From: Nanobdella aerobiophila
Lineage (GTDB): Archaea > Nanobdellota > Nanobdellia > Nanobdellales > Nanobdellaceae
Assembly (NCBI RefSeq): GCF_023169545.1
Contig: NZ_AP019769.1
Location: 180,001 to 212,000, forward strand
Direction of reading: 5' to 3'
Length of the DNA: 32,000 nucleotides
Below, piece by piece: positions 27,807 through 32,000 of this stretch (positions within the stretch are counted from its first letter, which is position 1; every line of letters starts with the position of its first letter). Under the pieces are notes generated by a model, which worked only from the letters and a program-made list of their open reading frames with translations, had not been told where the DNA came from and ran no database searches. A program made the translations under genes and the position numbers.

Positions 27807-28433
27807 TTCTATAATCTCCAAGGGTTTCTTATTGTAAAATTTTATTATATATGTTTTATCTTTATCTATTTCATATTTTTTATCTATATATAGTATTGTA
27901 AAATTATCTGTTAAGACTATATATTTATCATCATCTTTTTTTAATAATTTTATATATCTTATAGATAGATAATATTTGTTTTTTATTTCTATATCTTCTT
28001 CAATCTTTTTTATATTGTATATATTATTTATATATAGTGTTATGAAATAGTTATTTAATATTACCGGTCTTTTTACTAATATACTATTATTTTCTTTTAA
28101 TATATATGATATCTCTTTCCATCTTGGATCTTTTAGTAATAATTTCACTAGTCCTGTTTCATCTCCGACTTCCAAAATAATCTTTTCTTGATCTTTATAC
28201 AATATTTTATTTATTTTTAATTTAATTTGATTAATTTTAATATTTTGGTATATATTTTTTAATTTTATATTATATATATCTTCTAAAGATAATCCGTAAT
28301 CTTTTAATATTAATAATATCGCGGTGTCTTCATCAATTAAGTTATTATATTGTTTATATTTTTCTTTAATCAAGTCATCTAGTTTATTTTTTGAAATATT
28401 TAAAATAGATAAAATATTATTTTTATCTATCAT
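27792..28433 (-). CDS. Putative RPA/SSB-like OB-fold protein
   Basis: N-terminal ISKNKLDDLIKEKYKQYNNLIDEDTAILLILKDYGLSLEDIYNIKLKNI resembles the helical lead-in plus OB-fold of archaeal RPAs. Confidence 0.5.
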   Translation of the reverse strand: MIDKNNILSILNISKNKLDDLIKEKYKQYNNLIDEDTAILLILKDYGLSLEDIYNIKLKNIYQNIKINQIKLKINKILYKDQEKIILEVGDETGLVKLLLKDPRWKEISYILKENNSILVKRPVILNNYFITLYINNIYNIKKIEEDIEIKNKYYLSIRYIKLLKKDDDKYIVLTDNFTILYIDKKYEIDKDKTYIIKFYNKKPLEIIELKTY

Positions 28434-28521
28434 AAATATAAATTATCATTTAATATTAAAAATATTTGAGATTTAGCAATCTCCAAAAAATATTTTGTTT
28501 GATTTTATTAAAAATGATATT

Positions 28522-28905
28522 CTAGCCAGTTGCTGAGCATAAATTAGAGCCCTGGCCATCTAGTTGGCATCCGCCGCTATTACATACTATTGTTGATCCA
28601 TTACTTAAGGTAAATGATTGTGGATATGTGTTGTAGCAAGAATAAGAACAATATGAAGAACTTGAGAATAGATCTATTTGTGTATTTGGATCTGTACTAG
28701 ATTCTATTTCAGATAGAACAGTTCCGGCGTACTCTGCACATTGGGTAGAATTTATTTGTTGAGTAGTTGGACCTGTACTACTTATACCAGTTGTAAATCT
28801 ACCTAATCCGCCAGTAAATATTAATATTAAGAATACAAGTACCAATATAGCAATTATTGCTAGGACTATTACATTTAATGGTAGACCTTGCGATCTGTTT
28901 TTCAT
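28522..28905 (-). CDS. Short cysteine-rich pilin-like exported protein
   Basis: N-terminus KNRSQGLPLNVIVLAIIAILVLVFLILIFTGG resembles DPANN pilin-like signal/TM segments. The C-terminal ectodomain has 6 Cys. Confidence 0.65.
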   Translation of the reverse strand: MKNRSQGLPLNVIVLAIIAILVLVFLILIFTGGLGRFTTGISSTGPTTQQINSTQCAEYAGTVLSEIESSTDPNTQIDLFSSSSYCSYSCYNTYPQSFTLSNGSTIVCNSGGCQLDGQGSNLCSATG

Positions 28906-28941
28906 ATAGGTTAAAAATACTTTATAATTTATAAATTTTTA

Positions 28942-29421
28942 ATGAACTCTCTGGTTATGAAGATATCTAAAATATATTTAAGATTAATAGTTCATGATTG
29001 GGATGATAGAAATATTATAGATAAATTAAAGAATGTATTTATAAGTGGTATTGATAGAAAATATATCAAAGAAACCTATAGTAAAGACAAAGGACTTATA
29101 AGCAATAATTTGATTATTTATGAACTAACATTAACTAATAAAAATGCCATAGATATATTATTTTCGAATTTGATATATCACGGCCTGAATATTGATGATA
29201 TCATAAATAATTCTAATTTTGACGAAAATTGTAATTTATATTTAAGGATAGACAAAGATTATATTAAAGATTATATAATAAGAATACGATATTCTGATAA
29301 TTCGATATTATTGAAGATAAGTTTTGATGATTATAATAAAAATAAGGATAAAATATATAATTTTATAAAAGAATATTTTGGATATATAAATAAAAAATTT
29401 TTAGATATTAATATTCAATGA
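28942..29421 (+). CDS. COG1325-like predicted RNA-binding / exosome-associated protein
   Basis: Pattern ISKIYLRLIVHDWDDRNII...NSNFDENCNLYLRIDKDYI resembles archaeal COG1325 proteins; ATGA overlap with mre11. Confidence 0.55.
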   Translation: MNSLVMKISKIYLRLIVHDWDDRNIIDKLKNVFISGIDRKYIKETYSKDKGLISNNLIIYELTLTNKNAIDILFSNLIYHGLNIDDIINNSNFDENCNLYLRIDKDYIKDYIIRIRYSDNSILLKISFDDYNKNKDKIYNFIKEYFGYINKKFLDINIQ

Positions 29422-30554
29422 AATTTGTACATATATCAGATACGCATTTAGGTTGCCAAATACCAATTCAATATAATGAACTTAGAAAAAAAGATTTCTT
29501 AAAAACATTTAAAGAAGCAATTGAATTTTCTATAAATAATAAGGTTGATTTCATAATACATTCCGGTGACTTTTTTGATGATTATTTTAGATTCGACTCA
29601 AAATTTATAATAGAAGTATTGGATATTTTGATGAAATTAAAAAATAATAATATTCCTCTTATATTTATAAAAGGAAATCATGATGTAAAGGGTCATAGAC
29701 AAAATGTACTGGAGTTGTTTAAAAAACTGGATCTTATAAAAGAGGCAAATATAAGAGAACCTTATATAATTAAGGATGTTTATATATACGGAGTCTCAGA
29801 ACCATCTAATCTGGCTGGAGAACAATTAAATAAATATTATAGAGAATTATTTAGTAATATAAATCTTGAAAATAATGGTTTTAGGATATTCTTGTTCCAT
29901 GGCGCTGTAAATATGTTTCCAAATAATATATTAGAGGGTTATGGTAAGGAACCTAGAATATTGCCCTTGAATATATTTCCTAAGGCAGATTATTATGGAT
30001 TTGGACATTTCCATAAAAGTCATCTCGAGGTTCATGATGATATTATATTCTCATTGCCAGGTTCTACTGAGAGAACCTCTTTATCTAAAGATGAAGAAAA
30101 TATAAAGAAAGGATTTTATTACTATAGCGATAATATTGATTTTATTGAAGTTAATTCTAGACCTATATACATATATGAAGATATAATAAATAATGAAGAG
30201 GATTTAAATAGATTAAAAGATTATATTGGTAAAAGATCTAAAGAAACCTTGATTAAATTAAAGTTAAAATATAATAAAGATTTATATATAAGTATTAAAA
30301 ATTATATAGATAAATTGATTTCATCCGGATATTATATAATTGATGATCTATATTCTATGAATCAAGAATATAATATCATAAAAGATGAGAGTAATATAAA
30401 TGACTTATTTGATAATAATATATTTGTTAACAATAAAGAAGAATTATTGGAGTTATTTAATAATATAAAAAGTACATTTGAAGAATTTTATTCTAATAAA
30501 AGTAGCGATATAGATCGAATAAGAGATATATTATATAAAAATTTAATAAAATGA
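29418..30554 (+). CDS. mre11: DNA double-strand break repair nuclease Mre11
   Basis: Phosphoesterase motifs HISDTHLG, IIHSGDFFDD, FIKGNHDVKGHR, FHGAVN, YYGFGHFHKSH; adjacent to rad50. Confidence 0.95.
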   Translation: MKFVHISDTHLGCQIPIQYNELRKKDFLKTFKEAIEFSINNKVDFIIHSGDFFDDYFRFDSKFIIEVLDILMKLKNNNIPLIFIKGNHDVKGHRQNVLELFKKLDLIKEANIREPYIIKDVYIYGVSEPSNLAGEQLNKYYRELFSNINLENNGFRIFLFHGAVNMFPNNILEGYGKEPRILPLNIFPKADYYGFGHFHKSHLEVHDDIIFSLPGSTERTSLSKDEENIKKGFYYYSDNIDFIEVNSRPIYIYEDIINNEEDLNRLKDYIGKRSKETLIKLKLKYNKDLYISIKNYIDKLISSGYYIIDDLYSMNQEYNIIKDESNINDLFDNNIFVNNKEELLELFNNIKSTFEEFYSNKSSDIDRIRDILYKNLIK

Positions 30555-32000
30555 TAATAAAAAGTTTAAATTTAGAGAATTTTAAGTACCATAAAAGTTT
30601 AAATATCGGATTAGAGGAAAAAAATATTATTATAGGTGAAAATGGAGTTGGCAAAAGTTCTATATTTCATTCAATATTGTTTGCTTTGTTTGGTAGAGAT
30701 TCGTTGTCATATATAGGCGCTAGTAGTATTCAATCAATGATTAGATATGGTAGTTCTTCTACCAAGGTAGAGTTAGAATTGCAAGATAATAATAATTTAT
30801 ATAAAATTGTTAGAATTATAAATAATACAGGAGATTCAAAGGCAGTATTATACCTAAATGATCATATTATAGTATCTAGTCCTGATTTAGTAAATAAAAA
30901 AATAAAGGAAATATTAAATATAAATAGAATTGAAAAATTTGCCGATATAGTATATATAAAACAAGGAGATCTAGGTAGATATATTAATTTATCTGGAAAG
31001 ATTGAATTAACAAAAAAACTAGAAAATATATTTGATATAGAATATTATTCAAATATTTTAAGGGTCATAGAAGGTTTGGTAAGAGATCTAGAAAGGCAGA
31101 AAGAATACAATGAAAATCAAAGGGCTGAATTATATAAAGATATAGAGACCTATAGAAATTTATACGGAGATAGGGATATTAATGAGCTTATATTGGAATT
31201 AGACAAATATAATAATTTAAAGAAAATAAGGGATGAATTATACAAAGATTATTTAGAAGTAAAAACTTTGGAAAATACAATAAATTATGATTTAATATCT
31301 CAAGAAGGATATCTAAAAAATAAGTTATTACAATTAGAGGAAGAGGAAAAAAATTTGAATGAAAATATAATTAATTTAGAATCCGAAAGAAGGTCTTTGA
31401 AATATGAGCGTTATTCTAAAGAATTATTAGATAAGTCTATTGAATATATAAATAAGAGATTAGAAGAATTAAAGGAGTACAAAGATATCAATAAGAAGGA
31501 TATAGAGTATAATATAAGGGAAAATAAAGATTTATATAATGATATTGTAAAATATATAAATTCTCTAGATGTAGAAGATAGATATAAAAAATTAGAGGAA
31601 AAGAAAAAGGATATAGAAGAAAAAATACTGATATTAAAACAAAGTATAAAGGAAGATCAAGAATATTTAGATATATTAAATAAGGAAATTACAGATTGTC
31701 CAGTTTGTAAAAGACCTTTGGAAAAAGACCTTCATAAGCAATTGGTAGAAAGATATAATATTGAATTAGATAATAATAAGAGGGAGTTAAGCAAATTATT
31801 GAAGGATAAAGAAGATATAGATAACCTATATAATAATATATATAATGAATATAAGAATTTTGTGTATTTAAAAGAAAGATTAAAATCAAAAAATATAGAC
31901 ATAGATAATATAGAAAATGAAAAAATGAAAATAGACTCAAAAATTAATCAATTAAATCAGGAACTAAATAAAATCGAGGAATATAATATATTAAATGATA
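30551..32000 (+). CDS. rad50: Rad50 ATPase (truncated by the window end)
   Basis: MIIKSLKLENFKYHKSLNIGLEEKNIIIGENGVGKSSIFHSILFALFG, Q-loop IVYIKQGDLGRYINLS, coiled coil, zinc hook CPVC at 31697-31708. Frame is open to the window end; not in the supplied ORF list. Confidence 0.95.
   Translation, partial: MIIKSLNLENFKYHKSLNIGLEEKNIIIGENGVGKSSIFHSILFALFGRDSLSYIGASSIQSMIRYGSSSTKVELELQDNNNLYKIVRIINNTGDSKAVLYLNDHIIVSSPDLVNKKIKEILNINRIEKFADIVYIKQGDLGRYINLSGKIELTKKLENIFDIEYYSNILRVIEGLVRDLERQKEYNENQRAELYKDIETYRNLYGDRDINELILELDKYNNLKKIRDELYKDYLEVKTLENTINYDLISQEGYLKNKLLQLEEEEKNLNENIINLESERRSLKYERYSKELLDKSIEYINKRLEELKEYKDINKKDIEYNIRENKDLYNDIVKYINSLDVEDRYKKLEEKKKDIEEKILILKQSIKEDQEYLDILNKEITDCPVCKRPLEKDLHKQLVERYNIELDNNKRELSKLLKDKEDIDNLYNNIYNEYKNFVYLKERLKSKNIDIDNIENEKMKIDSKINQLNQELNKIEEYNILND

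Noticed and set aside
1-32000. CRISPR arrays, IS elements, integrated virus or defence island
   Set aside because: No regularly spaced repeats, transposase, integrase, terminal inverted repeats or known defence effectors were seen. The gene content is mainly core archaeal.

Overview
The window is AT-rich and very gene-dense. It carries archaeal informational genes from what looks like a small-genome (DPANN, probably nanoarchaeal-type) archaeon; the taxonomy is inferred from gene content. Minus-strand block (173-7454): Hef helicase/nuclease, a small unknown protein, Trm1, L31e, an alpha/beta hydrolase, TrmJ-like methyltransferase, AspRS, and a MagIII-like HhH-GPD glycosylase. Plus-strand genes (7464-17804, with minus-strand PRC-barrel and Hjc genes interspersed): a dCTP deaminase-like protein, L18e-L13-S9, a two-domain Cdc48/VAT AAA ATPase, a ThiF/MoeB/E1-like enzyme, an FmrO/Rmt-like 16S rRNA methyltransferase, and PolD large subunit. 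Remaining genes: DphB, a SpoIIM-like membrane protein, archaeosortase, a stand-alone PUA protein, an HTH regulator, an AK6-like kinase, thermosome, a pilin/secretion-ATPase cluster, an RPA-like OB protein, a COG1325-like protein, Mre11 and a truncated Rad50. There are no CRISPR arrays, IS elements, rRNAs or recognisable tRNAs. I see no clearly new defence or mobile system. The best leads are: (1) a resistance-type 16S m7G1405-like methyltransferase family member in an overlapping Cdc48/E1-like/methyltransferase gene string; (2) Cdc48 with a YYG (HbYX-type) C-terminus, coupled by an 8-bp overlap to an E1-like enzyme; (3) a 79-bp identical repeat joining the two AAA modules; (4) very compact divergent promoters, including one TATA-like box exactly midway between hjc and polD-large start codons; (5) a pilin/ATPase locus with no visible membrane platform protein; (6) an archaeosortase with no visible substrate.
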